Assembly: GCF_046119375.1 (NCBI RefSeq)
Contig: NW_027362764.1
Location: 802,652,001 to 802,716,000 of the forward strand
Length of the DNA: 64,000 nt
DNA from: Phyllobates terribilis
Taxonomy: Eukaryota
Direction of reading: 5' to 3'
The position numbers were made by a program, and so were the translations under genes. The first letter of the stretch is position 1. Each line of letters begins with the position of its first letter. This document shows, piece by piece, positions 11,869 to 23,845 of the stretch. Under the pieces are notes generated by a model that made no database searches, was not told where the DNA came from, and was given only the letters and a program-made list of their open reading frames with translations.

Positions 11869-12231
11869 CACGTGGCCGCTGCAACGACGCCGTGTTTTGC
11901 CCGTTGCCACCAGGTACTGTGCGCCTTTATTCTGAACTGTGTATGTAAAGTTGTGGTGAAGGTTGCCGCCATTGTTGGGCCGTTGAGCGAGAAGAAGGGC
12001 GTAACCGCGGGAAAATTAGGGGCGTACCTGCAAAAGAGCGCGAAGCTTTGGACACGCCCCCCGCCTCAACGTCAAATCGGGAAGCGCCAGGTCCTGTTAG
12101 GAGCGTCGCGAAACGCGCTGACGTATGACGCAAGCGACGCAAGGTCCTGAAGACAACCGTCACCTTCGGAGCTGCGGCCTACCGGAAGAAAAACCAGAAG
12201 GTAGGCCACGGTTAACTAGGGGGGCGCTAAG

Positions 12232-12470
12232 ATGTCTGACGAGCAGCAGAACGCCGACCTGCCGGTCAACGTCCCTGAAGTTCAACCCGCGCTCGATGAT
12301 GAGCAGGCCGAAGCCGCCGCCCCACCAGCAGCGCCTGTAACACCTGTAATTCCTATGACTTTACTGTACATTCCTGGAGTAAAGTGGCTCCCCCAGTACA
12401 ACGGCAAACCAGATACCCTGTCCGGATTCAAACGGAAGATATGTGGTATCTTGGACATGTACTCCATGAC
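12232..12470 (+). pseudogene. Gypsy gag 5' fragment in an internally deleted element
   Basis: MSDEQQ..WLPQYNGKPDTLSGFKRKI follows the PBS/leader. The frame then runs into 3' sequence and a polypurine tract (AGGGGGGAA) at ~12778-12786. Confidence 0.6.
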
Positions 12471-12786
12471 AGGCAGGAGCAGCCGCCCCGTCAGCAGGAC
12501 CCATATCGCCTATCATACCCATGGCCCTGAATGTCCACAAGGTGGGGGAGGAGAGCAAACCCCCGCCATCTACGGCTGATGACCCGGCTGGGCCAGCCTA
12601 TCATGGACAGGTGCTTCCCCGGAAGGAGTACCATTATTGAACTGCTGAAAATGTTTTAAATGTTTTTGTTATGCAACGTTTAAGAAATGTGCCTCCCATA
12701 AAGGGAAGATTGTTCATGTTTCCTATTGTTATTGTTTTATAAAAATGTACTTCAGCCCGGGAGTGCTGAGTTTAACTAGGGGGGAA

Positions 12787-14279
12787 TGTGACGCCCAGCT
12801 GCGCTTGGTATCACAGATCCTAGAAGGGTGTATTGACGGATTCCTCCACAAGAGGCCCCCATAACCATTCACACATCTCCACCTTCCACCTCAGACCACC
12901 AGAGGGAGCCCGTTAGGGATAGATAAATAGGGAAGGTGGAGCCAGACAGCAGTTAGTTTGGTCTAGACTGGAGTCGACAGAGAGCAAACCTGTTGAGAGA
13001 GTTCCTGCAGTAAAGAAGCCTGAGAGAGGTCAGTCTGCAGTGGAGCACAGTCCAGACTCAGTTGTAGCTCAGAGTGGTGAGCTTTAGGTGTGCCGGCGCC
13101 ATAAGATAGGTGAAGCGTGGCGAGCTGCCGTTAGTGTAAGTAGCCTAGTGAGGGCCCGAGTAGGCCGAAGGCAAGAGGAGAGTTAGTACATAGGGGGCAG
13201 AGGAGCTTAACTAGCTCACCCCGAAGCAGTTACCGGACACCGGGTCCGAAGCTTACCGGGATCTCTATGACCCAGTAAGATATAACCGGAATCCCTGGGG
13301 AACTACAAGTCCCAGGATCACTAAAGAGCTGATACGTAACAGAGCCAGGAGACACTTAGGCCCCGCAAGCTGAGGAGCGTGTACTCCAAGAAAAGGCCCT
13401 ACCACAAGGTCAGCCAGCGCAGGACAGAGACAAAGTTAGGCCTAGCTCCAGGCAGGTCAGAAACTTACTACGCAGAAGCAAGAAACAGGAGGCCCAAAGC
13501 CCGCTCATTGGGGAGGATCCTGACATGCACCCTTCACCCTACAGTGCTCTGGGACGTGCCTGAATTTCCATCAGTAAAAGGTACTGAAGTGACTATCGCG
13601 TCTGTCCCTGTTCTTGCTCTGACCCGGCTCGGTCTCGCCTGTCCTGCATTCCCTGTTATTCACTGCCCTGAGGCCTAGCTCCACCTGTGGGGAGTTATAC
13701 CATCAAGCTGCCTTATCATCAGCCTCAGTGGACTGAGCAGCGCTGGTGATCCTCACCAGAAGCCACAGGTGGCGTCACAAACTCTTTTATAAACTTAACA
13801 AATTATCCACCCTTTTTAAGGAGAGACTCCAGGGTACGGGCCCGGGAGCCGACCACCGCGACATCCCTGAAGGCCAGGCTAAAGGCCCGGGTACCGAGTC
13901 ATCCCCCATTCCCCTGGACGAGTCATCTCCAACTGGCATCACGAACAGGATCACGTGCCCGCTGCAACGACGCCGTGTTTTGCCCGTTGCCACAGGGTAC
14001 TGTGCGCCTTTATTCTGAACTGTGTATGTAAAGTTGTGGTGAAGGTTGCCGCCATTGTTGGGCCGTTGAGCGAGAAGAAGGGCGTAACCGCGGGAAAATT
14101 AGAGGCGTACCTGCAAAAGAGCGCGAAGCTTCGGACACGCCCCCCGCCTCAACGTCAAATCGAGAAGCGCCAGATCCTGTAAGGAGCGTCGCGAAACGCG
14201 CTGACCTAGGACGCAAGCTATGCAAGGTCCTGAAGACAACCGTCACCTTCGGAGCTGCGGCCTACCGGAAGAAAAACCA
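12787..14279 (+). mobile_element. Gypsy LTR family A copy 2 (12787-~13931) followed by a second PBS and leader, truncated
   Basis: Near-identical to 10704-12196 at offset 2083. Starts with TG after the PPT. Confidence 0.85.
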
Positions 14280-17008
14280 TTTAGGTTGGTTGTGTACCTT
14301 TCCACCTGGAAAGTGTTCGGCAGCAGCCCACCTGGCTGCATCACGGACCCCGGGGTCTGTTGCATTCCATTTAAATAAAGTTGTCTGCAATCGCCCCCCT
14401 AACAGTATCTGAGCGCCAGGGTCTTGCCGAACATGGCCGACAATAAACAACTGCAGCGGTACATACAGCAACTGGAGGCCAGACTTAAATCTCTGGAACA
14501 AACTGCTCCGGTCGCTGATATTACTGCAGTAGCTACTCAGGCGGCTACTCTAGCAGCCAATATTATTAACTCAGCTGTGGTGAATTCTACAACCACTGCA
14601 AGTGCCCCATTACCCCATTTTGCTCTCCTGGAAAAATTTTCTGGAGATAGTAAACTTTGCAGGGGTTTTATTAACGTATGCTCCATTCATTTGGAGATAA
14701 TGGAGGCACGGTTCCCCTCCGAAAGAGCCAAAGTGGGTTATATCATTTCATTACTCTCACACAGGGTTCTGGAGTGGGCTACTCTTCTATGGGAGCGGAA
14801 CGACCCGATTGTAGTAAATGCGGGTCGATTCCTTAAGACTCTAAAAAGTGTTTTTCTGGGTCCTCAGGTCACGCATGATACGGCTCTTAAGCTTCTTGCG
14901 TTGGTCCAGGGTTCAGCCACCGCCAGCCACTATGCCGTCCAGTTCAGAACCCTAGCGGCTGAACTGGATTGGTCTGAGCGGTCGCTTATCCTGGTATTCT
15001 GGAGGGGTCTGGCTGGGCATATTAAAGATGCTTTATCTACTAGAGAAATCCCAACCTCTCTGGAGGAGTTAATATCTCTTGCTGACCGTATTGACTTGCG
15101 TCATGCGGAACACAAGTTAGAGCTGGAGGTTGCCAGACCTCAGTATCTGTTTGCACCATCCGCCTTTAGACCCATTTTCAAACCCAAGACACTCGACCCG
15201 GAGCCTAAGGCTACGGATGTACCCCGGTCTAAGTCTAGTTCCTCTCGTTCCCGTTCTGCACATATCTCGGAGCTCCCCGTAAATAAGGGTTCCAAGCAGT
15301 CGGTAAAACGAGTAGGTCTTACCACCGTTGGAGGAGGGGTATTAAATTCCGGGACTTCTTCCTCCAAATTATTACATAATGTGACTTTGTCCTTTGATAA
15401 AGCTGCAGTCACTGCCAAGGCGTGGGTGGATTCTGGTGCTGATGGCAATTTTTTATCATCTACGCTTGCCCAGAGGCATGCCATCCCTATTGAGTTACTC
15501 TCAAGACCAATGAACATTAGTATTGTCAATGGTTCACTCCTGGATGTAGAAATCACCCACCAGTCGATTCCTCTCACCATGTCATTTCCCCAGGGCCACC
15601 GGGAGGTTATTTCATTTCTTATTATTCCCGGTGGATTAGACGAGGTGTTATTGGGGCTCCCCTGGTTACGTTGTCATACTCCACACATTGACTGGAATAC
15701 GGGGAGAATATCTTCCTGGAGTGAGAATTGTGCATCTCAGTGTTTAGTCAAAGTCACCCGGAGGGTAGTCTCTGATCCTCCTATCATTGCGACATCCGGT
15801 ACAGATTCCTTGTCTGTTTCCAGGACCCGGGCCTTGTCAGATAATGTCGCAAAGAACTCTCAGGAAGAGAGGGTGGCTGCAGTGTCCTCCAACCCGGTTT
15901 GGTCAGGGAGGACGTTTGTTTCCCCTAATCTACAGAGTAAGGTGCTCTCCTGGGCTCATGCTCCTAAGACCAGAGCTTACCTGGGGGTCAAACGTACCAC
16001 TAAGTCCCTTCTACGGTCCTATTGGTGGCCCCAGTGGTGCCAGGAAGTCAAGGACTTTGTTCTCGCGTGTCCCGTCTGTGCGAGAGATAAATCTTTTCGC
16101 CAGAGACCGGCGGGTCCTTTCTCCCTGTCACCCATGAAGGATCCCACACATAGAGAACCAGTTGTCACTTCTTGCCATCCTGCTTCCCGTCCTAAAAGAG
16201 GGTACCCTGTACACCGGAGGGGTCACTGTTTCATGAATCCTCTCTGTGACCCGTTGGACCACATCACCAATGGCGCGTCGATGAGCAGGGCTTAGTCTTT
16301 AAAAGGCCCGCCCACAAACAAGGCGACGCGCTCAGATCATTTTTGCAAGTGTTGCTGTTGTGTGGACAAGTGTATTCCACGTGCTCCCTAGCTGCTCTCT
16401 CCGTGACCTGCCGATGCCAGAGTTCGCTCGGCTGATTATCACAGGTCACTCAGGCAGGCTTAGATTTGCTTAGGTAGGTAGCTACGTCTTGCAGCCTGGC
16501 TCAGCCAAAGGGGTCGCCTAACACCTCGAGCAGCCTGCAGACGCCCTGTCCACGGCTATCGCCTGTTAGCCACGTGGAGTAGTACCCTTCAGTCCGGTGG
16601 CACGCCGGCTGGAGGCTCGTGTACCCGTCGCGTAGTCACACACGCATCCTAGCGCCAATCCCTACAGCGTAGCGCCTGTATCGAAGACAGGGCTACTGCT
16701 TTTCCCCCGGTCGCACGTCTCCCTGCGGTTCTTGGCACTGAAACCCGCTCCGTGTGCATCAACACGGAGTGGTTCTTCAGTTAAGTAGGAGCTATCCAGG
16801 TCACTCTTCTCCCACGCAGTTAACGGAGATAGAGCGAACCGCTATACCCGTTCCTGTGTGCTGTAACACGGAAGGGTTTAACATTTAGGTTGGTTGTGTA
16901 CCTTTCCACCCGGAAAGTGTTCGGCAGCAGCCCACATGGCCGCATCGCGGACCCCGGGGTCGGTTGCGTTCCATTTAAATAAAGTTGTCTGCAACCGCCC
17001 CCCTAACA
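14280..17008 (+). mobile_element. Sushi-type gypsy non-autonomous element (5' LTR remnant 14280-14404; 3' LTR ~16208-17008)
   Basis: TTTAGGTTGGTTGTGTACC...CCCCCTAACA occurs at both ends. PPT-like AAAAGAGGG at ~16194-16202. Confidence 0.8.
14433..16295 (+). CDS. Gag-protease fused in frame to integrase N-terminal Zn-finger (RT/RNaseH/IN core deleted), ~620 aa
   Basis: EKFSGDSKLCRGFINVC..KVGYIISLL (gag), AWVDSGADGNF (aspartic protease), WAHAPK..YWWPQWCQEVKDFVLACPVCARDK (IN Zn-finger-like). Confidence 0.8.
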   Translation: MADNKQLQRYIQQLEARLKSLEQTAPVADITAVATQAATLAANIINSAVVNSTTTASAPLPHFALLEKFSGDSKLCRGFINVCSIHLEIMEARFPSERAKVGYIISLLSHRVLEWATLLWERNDPIVVNAGRFLKTLKSVFLGPQVTHDTALKLLALVQGSATASHYAVQFRTLAAELDWSERSLILVFWRGLAGHIKDALSTREIPTSLEELISLADRIDLRHAEHKLELEVARPQYLFAPSAFRPIFKPKTLDPEPKATDVPRSKSSSSRSRSAHISELPVNKGSKQSVKRVGLTTVGGGVLNSGTSSSKLLHNVTLSFDKAAVTAKAWVDSGADGNFLSSTLAQRHAIPIELLSRPMNISIVNGSLLDVEITHQSIPLTMSFPQGHREVISFLIIPGGLDEVLLGLPWLRCHTPHIDWNTGRISSWSENCASQCLVKVTRRVVSDPPIIATSGTDSLSVSRTRALSDNVAKNSQEERVAAVSSNPVWSGRTFVSPNLQSKVLSWAHAPKTRAYLGVKRTTKSLLRSYWWPQWCQEVKDFVLACPVCARDKSFRQRPAGPFSLSPMKDPTHREPVVTSCHPASRPKRGYPVHRRGHCFMNPLCDPLDHITNGASMSRA

Positions 17009-17009
17009 C

Positions 17010-18574
17010 TGATGATCGGATTATCTGACGATTGGAGCTTCATACAAAGGCTACGGGCATTGTTTGGTAATGACCGATCACTTCACCAAGTTTTCAGTGG
17101 TGATACCTACTAGGGATCAGACGGCAGAAACCGCAGCCAAGGCCATTTGTCAAGATTTCATTTGGATCTATGGGTGTCCGAAGCGGATACAGTCTGACAA
17201 AGGGGCCTGCTTCCAAGTGCGAGTCATGGATGAGTTATATCACATTTATGGGATCAACAGATCTCAAACAATGCCCTATTACCCCCAGGGAAATGGGGCA
17301 TGTGAGCGATTCAACCGAACCTTGTTGCAGATGTTACGGACATTGGAAGAGGACAAGAAAATTAAATGGCCCGAGTTCGTGTCCGAGTTGGTGTGGGTGT
17401 ATAATAATCGAGTTCATGCGACTACTGGTTACACACCCTATATGCTGCTGTTTGGAAGGAATGGACGAGAGATTACTGAGCTGGAGCTAGACTCAGAAGA
17501 TTCAGGTCCGTACAACAGTCCGAGTACCTGGATTCGAGAACACAGACGGCGGCTTCATACAGTGAGAAAACTGGTTGAGCAGAAATTTCAGGAAATAGAG
17601 GATACAGGGCGGCCCCCGATTTCAGTGAGCCCACTCCAACCAGGAGATCGTGTGTTAGTAAGGGCCAAACCGGTTGGGAGTATGCTAGACCATCATTGGG
17701 AAGCGGCACCATATCGAGTGGTGAAGCAGATCCATCCAAAGTATTCAGTCTACGAGGTTAGGCCTGAAGTGGGTGATGCCACGACATCTAGGGTGTTGCA
17801 CCGTAATATGCTACGACCCTGTTCGTCCGAAGCAGAGGACTGTAACAGAATTGAGCCTGCGGAAAAACTAACTGAAGTGCCACACATGGTGACCCTGGAA
17901 GACGAAGAAGGATGGGCTACAATGCAAATGAGCCCTTCAGTTCCGAGTGAGATACAAAATGGATCAGGAGGCGATTTACAATCTTCACTGCTTGATTTAT
18001 CAGATACCCCGGAATCACCTTTGCAGGAGGAACCCCGCAGAACCGAACGGGCTAATGCCGCTATCCCTCCTAACCGATATGCTCAACAGGAGTTTATCTG
18101 GTCTCAGATTCAACAGAAAACTGTGCTCACCTCTTGTCTGAACTTACGCTGCCTTGAAGGAGGCATCGATCTCGCAAAGAATCCACTCGCCCGGGGACTG
18201 GCGATCACAAAGGAGGGAGGAATGTAATAGAAGGAAAAAAGTCTTTCAGAGAATCAGTGCGAGATGTATGTAATAAGGAGAAAGAGCGCCATCTGGTGAG
18301 CATTTCAAGTTTGCACGCTGGACCTGGTCAGGTGACCTCCAGCAGAGGATTTCAAAATGTAACGGAGGAGCGCGCAGTGCCTGAGGTGATTTCGGCGCCA
18401 GACACAGAGAGAGACGTGACGCAGGCCGGACGCGCTGAAGGAACCAGCGAGAGAGACCGGGGTGAGAGACCCGTAAGGCAAGACGGGTGGCTGCCGGTGA
18501 ACGAGCGCGGGATTCAGCGAAGCGGTTCCTTGGGTGTCACTGCTAAGGAAGAGGACTGAGACTTGGATACGACA
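17010..18574 (+). mobile_element. Gypsy integrase core/C-terminus (ORF 17064-18227), PPT and start of 3' LTR (TG at 18223); probable continuation of 9450-10703
   Basis: VMTDHFTKF, RIQSDKG, YYPQGNGACERFNRTL (DDE), GDRVLV. AGGAGGGAGGAA precedes TGTAAT. The LTR is cut at TTAA 18575. Confidence 0.88.
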
Positions 18575-18578
18575 TTAA

Positions 18579-19665
18579 CCCGTTAAGGACCGAAGCATTT
18601 TCCATTTTTGCGTTTTCATTTTTTGCTCCCCTTGTTCCCAGAGTCATAGCGTTTTTATTTTTTGGTCAATATGGCCGTGTGAGGGCTTATTTTTTGCGGG
18701 ACGAGTTGTACTTTTCAACGCCATTACTAGTTTTACCATATCGTGTACGGAAAAAAAATTCCAAGCGCCGTGAAATTGCAAAAAAAGTGCAATACCACAG
18801 ATGTTTTTTTTTAGTTTTTTTACCACGTTCACTGAATGCTAAAACTGACCGGCCATCATTATTCTCCAGGTCATTACGAGTTCATAGACACCAAACATGT
18901 ACAGGTTCCTTTTTATTTAAGTGGTGAAAAAAAATTCCAAAGTTTGGTAAAAAAAAAAAATGGTGCCATTTTCCGAAACCCGTAGCGTCTCCATTTTTTG
19001 GGATCTGGGGCTGGTGAGGGCTTACTTTTTGCACACCAAGCTGAAGTTTTTATTGATGCTATTTTGGGGTAGATCCGATGTTTTGATCACCCGTTATTGC
19101 ATTTTATTGCAATGTTGCAGCGACCAAAAAACGTAATTCTGGCGTTTAGAATTTTTTTCTCGCTACGCTGTTTACCGATCGGATTAATTCTTTTTTTATA
19201 TTGATAGATCGGGCGATTCTGAACGCGGCAATACCAAGTATGTGTTTTTTTTATTATTATTTTATTTTGAATGGGGCGAAAGGGGGGTGATTTAAACTTT
19301 TATATTTTTTAAAACATTTTTTTTCACTTTTTGCTTGCTTCTATAGTCTCCATAGGAGACTAGAAGCAGCACTCACTTGATCGGCTCTGCTGTATACAGG
19401 GGACGAGCAGATCCCCCGCATGGAGAAGAAATGGTCCTGTGCTATGAGCGCCGACCACTAGGTTGCGCTCATATTGACCAGCTCATGACAACCACTGGTG
19501 TCTGCTGCAGACCCAGGGTTGTCATGACCACCCATCGGCGACCCGCGATCATGTGACGGGGTTGCCGATGGGCGGGGCTTAGTACCCGCTTCCCGGAAGC
19601 GCGAGTTAAATGCCGCTGTCGGAGATTGACAGCGGCATTTAAGATGTTAACAGCCGCGGGTGGAT
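18579..19665 (+). mobile_element. Non-autonomous piggyBac-like element, left end intact, right end not seen
   Basis: TTAA|CCCGTTAAGGAC terminus. T-rich internal motifs related to 5400-6300. Internal palindrome TAAATGCCGCTGTC..GACAGCGGCATTTA. Confidence 0.65.
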
Positions 19666-19669
19666 CGCG

Positions 19670-20670
19670 ATGGAGGGAGCAGGAAGGAGAGAGCAGGAAG
19701 GAGAGAGCAGGAAGGAGAGAGCAGGAAGGAGGGAGCAGGAAGGAGAGAGCAGGAAGGAGAGAGCAGGAAGGAGAGGAAGGAGGGAGCAGGAAGGAGGGAG
19801 CAGGAAGGAGAGAGCAGGAAGGAGAGAGCAGGGAGGAGAGAGCAGGGAGGAGAGAGCAGGGAGGAGAGAGCAGGAAGGAGAGAGCAGGAAGGAGAGAGCA
19901 GGAAGGAGAGAGGAGGAAGGAGAGAGGAGGAAGGAGGGAGCAGGAAGGAGGGAGCAGGAAGGAGGGAGCGGGAAGGAGAGAGCGGGAAGGAGAGAGCGGG
20001 AAGGAGGGAGCGGGAAGGAGAGAGCAGGAAGGAGGGAGCAGGAAGGAGAGAGGAGGAAGGAGGGAGCAGGAAGGAGGGAGCAGGAAGGAGAGAGGAGGAA
20101 GGAGGGAGCAGGAAGGAGAGAGCGGGATGGAGGGAGCAGGAAGGAGAGAGCAGGAAGGAGAGAGGAGGAAGGAGAGAGCAGGAAGGAGGGAGCACGAAGG
20201 AGAGAGCAGGAAGGAGGGAGCACGAAGGAGAGAGCAGGAAGGAGGGAGCAGGAAGGAGAGAGGAGGAAGGAGGGAGCAGGAAGGATAGAGGAGGAAGGAG
20301 AGAGCGGGAAGGAGGGAGCGGGAAGGAGAGAGCGGGAAGGAGAGAGCGGGATGGAGGGAGCAGGAAGGAGAGAGGAGGAAGGAGAGAGCAGGAAGGAGAG
20401 AGGAGGAAGGAGAGAGCAGGAAGGAGAGAGCACGAAGGATACAGCAGGAAGGAGGGAGCAGGAAGGAGAGAGCAGGAAGGAGAGAGGAGGAAGGAGAGAG
20501 GAGGAAGGAGGGAGCAGGAAGGAGAGAGCGGGAAGGAGGGAGCGGGAAGGAAAGAGCAGGGAGGAGAGAGCAGGGAGGAAGGAGAGAGCAGGGAGGAGGG
20601 AGCAGGGAGGAGAGGGCAGGAAGTAGAGGGCAGGATGGAGGGGGCAGGAAGGAGAGAGCAGGAAGGAGAG
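19670..20670 (+). repeat. Polypurine minisatellite (GGAAGGAGAGAGCA)n, 14-bp unit, ~1 kb
   Basis: About 70 variant units, almost no T on the + strand. Confidence 0.95.
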
Positions 20671-21249
20671 ATCAGGACGGTCTCCAGTGTCTGCTCACCC
20701 TCCATCCCCCACTGCAGCAGCCAGTAATCTGCAGGAGAAGCGACAACCTGAGCAGCAGCAGAGGCTGACGGACCCGAGCTGAGATCGCAGGATGGAGCGG
20801 ACGTCAATATATATTTACACTGGTCCTTTGTATCTCAGCTGCCGGTGATCGCTCTGAGAACAATGCGCCGATCTCTACATCACACACTTCCATGGTAGTT
20901 TCCGGGCTCATTGAACGTTCCCCAGGTGACGATTGTCCTGGTCAGAACAGATGTCCACGCTGCAGACGATCGCAGTTAGCAGAGCAGGTTGTTCTATACA
21001 CATTCCTGCTGCTCTGTACAGGGGAGAGGGGGCGGCGCAGAGTTCCGGGGTCTGCTGCAGTCTGCACTGATATCAGGGGACGTCATGTCGCAGAGCTCTG
21101 CGGGGGGAGGGGTCGCTCCATGTGGGATCTATAGAAACCAGTGCAGCCCGGAGTGTAGAGCGATGATGGGGAGATCTGTACAGCGCCGTGTACGAGACAT
21201 GGAGACTCAGGGAGCGGAAGTGTGTCATGTGGCCAGGTAGTCGGTCACT

Positions 21250-21801
<552 letters not shown>

Positions 21802-21830
21802 ATCTGCCCGGGCCCCGAGGACAACACAAA

Positions 21831-21872
21831 GGCTCTTTTCAGAGCCACCAAATCCTCCAAGACGAGCTGAGA
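21831..21872 (+). terminator. Histone 3' stem-loop and HDE
   Basis: GGCTCTTTTCAGAGCC 21831-21846, then purine-rich AAGACGAGCTGA. Confidence 0.95.
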
Positions 21873-23215
21873 ACTCTCATGATTAACCGCCATTCTGCTC
21901 CTCTGTCCGTATCCTCCGCGCAGTTACTATCTGTATAATTATAGGGGATCTAGTAGTGAGTGAACTATATTGTGAAAAATGCAATAAGCAGAGGAATAAC
22001 GTTACATCCATCACGTGATCAGTAATAGAAGCCGCACCTGTGTGACCAGAGCAGCGCGATGCGTTTTGTGCACTGCCGGGGTCTGGGGGAGAGAAGGCGC
22101 CGGAGGAAATGTCTACATAAGGAGGAGCGCGGGCACTGAGGGCTTCCATGGAGGAGGAGACTTGTGGTCGGGGATTGGTCGGTTCCTGTGGGCGGAGCTT
22201 TACTCCGATGTTTCCTTCTCATTCACTGATCAGTTGGTGGTTGTGAATTTCCCGCTCAGTCGCTGCTCGCGCTCCGGAGGATCATTACCGGTCACTGCTG
22301 AGAGCGGAGATCACTGACGTCATTACGGATCGGTCACCACGTCCCTCACCCGCGCTGGGTCCTAGTGCCGCCTGAGCCCATGGTTTGCCGGTTGTGGACG
22401 GATGGGCTGTTAACTCTTTCACTGCTCCGCTGCTTTCAGTTGTGCTCTCATCCGCTCTGATCGACCTTTCTGCACTGGATAATTACTATTTCCTCCCCAG
22501 ACCGGTGACGGCTGCTGCCGATCATTATACCCGGTTCTTATGGTAAGGATTTAGTTTCGGATCCGAATCTCACTTTGTTTTCTTGATGTCATTGATGAAG
22601 ATAGATCCTTCTCGTGCTCTACAGATCACATGACCGATGTAATTATCTTTGAGTTGTGTCTCATCTGCTCCGGGGATGGATCCGCCCGGGGCCCCGTTAC
22701 TTGCTGCTCCCCGCTCTGTAGTGACCGGTAATGGCCGCCCGTCCGGGCACCACGTGTAGCATGGACGAGGAGTGACTGCGGGGATGTGATCAGTGATGAT
22801 GATGATGATCGGCCGCTGCCACTTTCCTGAAGATTTAATGTTTTCGTTTTCTAATATTTTACTTTGGCAGCTGGAGACAGCGACAGAAATTGTACAATGA
22901 GCGGGAAATTCACAATCACCCGCTGATCTGAGCTCAGCGAATCAGAGGGGAGGAGCTAATAATGCAAATTCATTAAAAACCATATCAACCGGGAAGCGCG
23001 TCTTCTATTTGGAAGGATACGTTATTACATGGAGGTATACAGCAGTAAGTGGGGAATACTGCATTACATGGGGGTAAAGTGTTGTGGAATATGTTGGCTC
23101 TATATAAATACAAATTATTATTACACTGAAGTATATGGAGCTATACAGCATATACACCGGGTTTGCAGCACTCTATGGAGATATACGGCCAATGGGAACA
23201 AGACTTGTGGAGCCA

Positions 23216-23326
23216 CCAATGAGCTGCAGTGGGCGGTGCTTATTTCATTTTTGGTCACATGACTTTGTCAGCCATTAGAATAGCGATCTGACAGCGGGGC
23301 TCATTTGCATGGCTGGGCTATAAATA
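23216..23326 (+). promoter_or_regulatory. H2B promoter: CCAAT, octamer, TATA
   Basis: CCAAT 23216-23220, ATTTGCAT 23303-23310, TATAAATA 23319-23326 (classical H2B octamer-TATA arrangement). Confidence 0.9.
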
Positions 23327-23370
23327 CCGCCGCTCTGGAGGAGCAGGATCATTGTTCTTCTGACTTGTGA

Positions 23371-23772
<402 letters not shown>

Positions 23773-23805
23773 TCTGCTCCTCAGTGCTCTGCACCCGCAA
23801 CCAAA

Positions 23806-23845
23806 GGCTCTTCTAAGAGCCACCACCCCGTCACTTCAAGAGCTG
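23806..23845 (+). terminator. H2B stem-loop and HDE
   Basis: GGCTCTTCTAAGAGCC 23806-23821; AAGAGCTG 23838-23845. Confidence 0.93.

Noticed and set aside
19626-20807. Long ORFs (220-386 aa) on both strands
   Set aside because: Stop-free translations of the 14-bp GA minisatellite; no domain content.
22795-22835. C/D-box snoRNA (TGATGA...CTGA)
   Set aside because: Box spacing of only about 30 nt, derived from a (GAT)n microsatellite, and no terminal stem.
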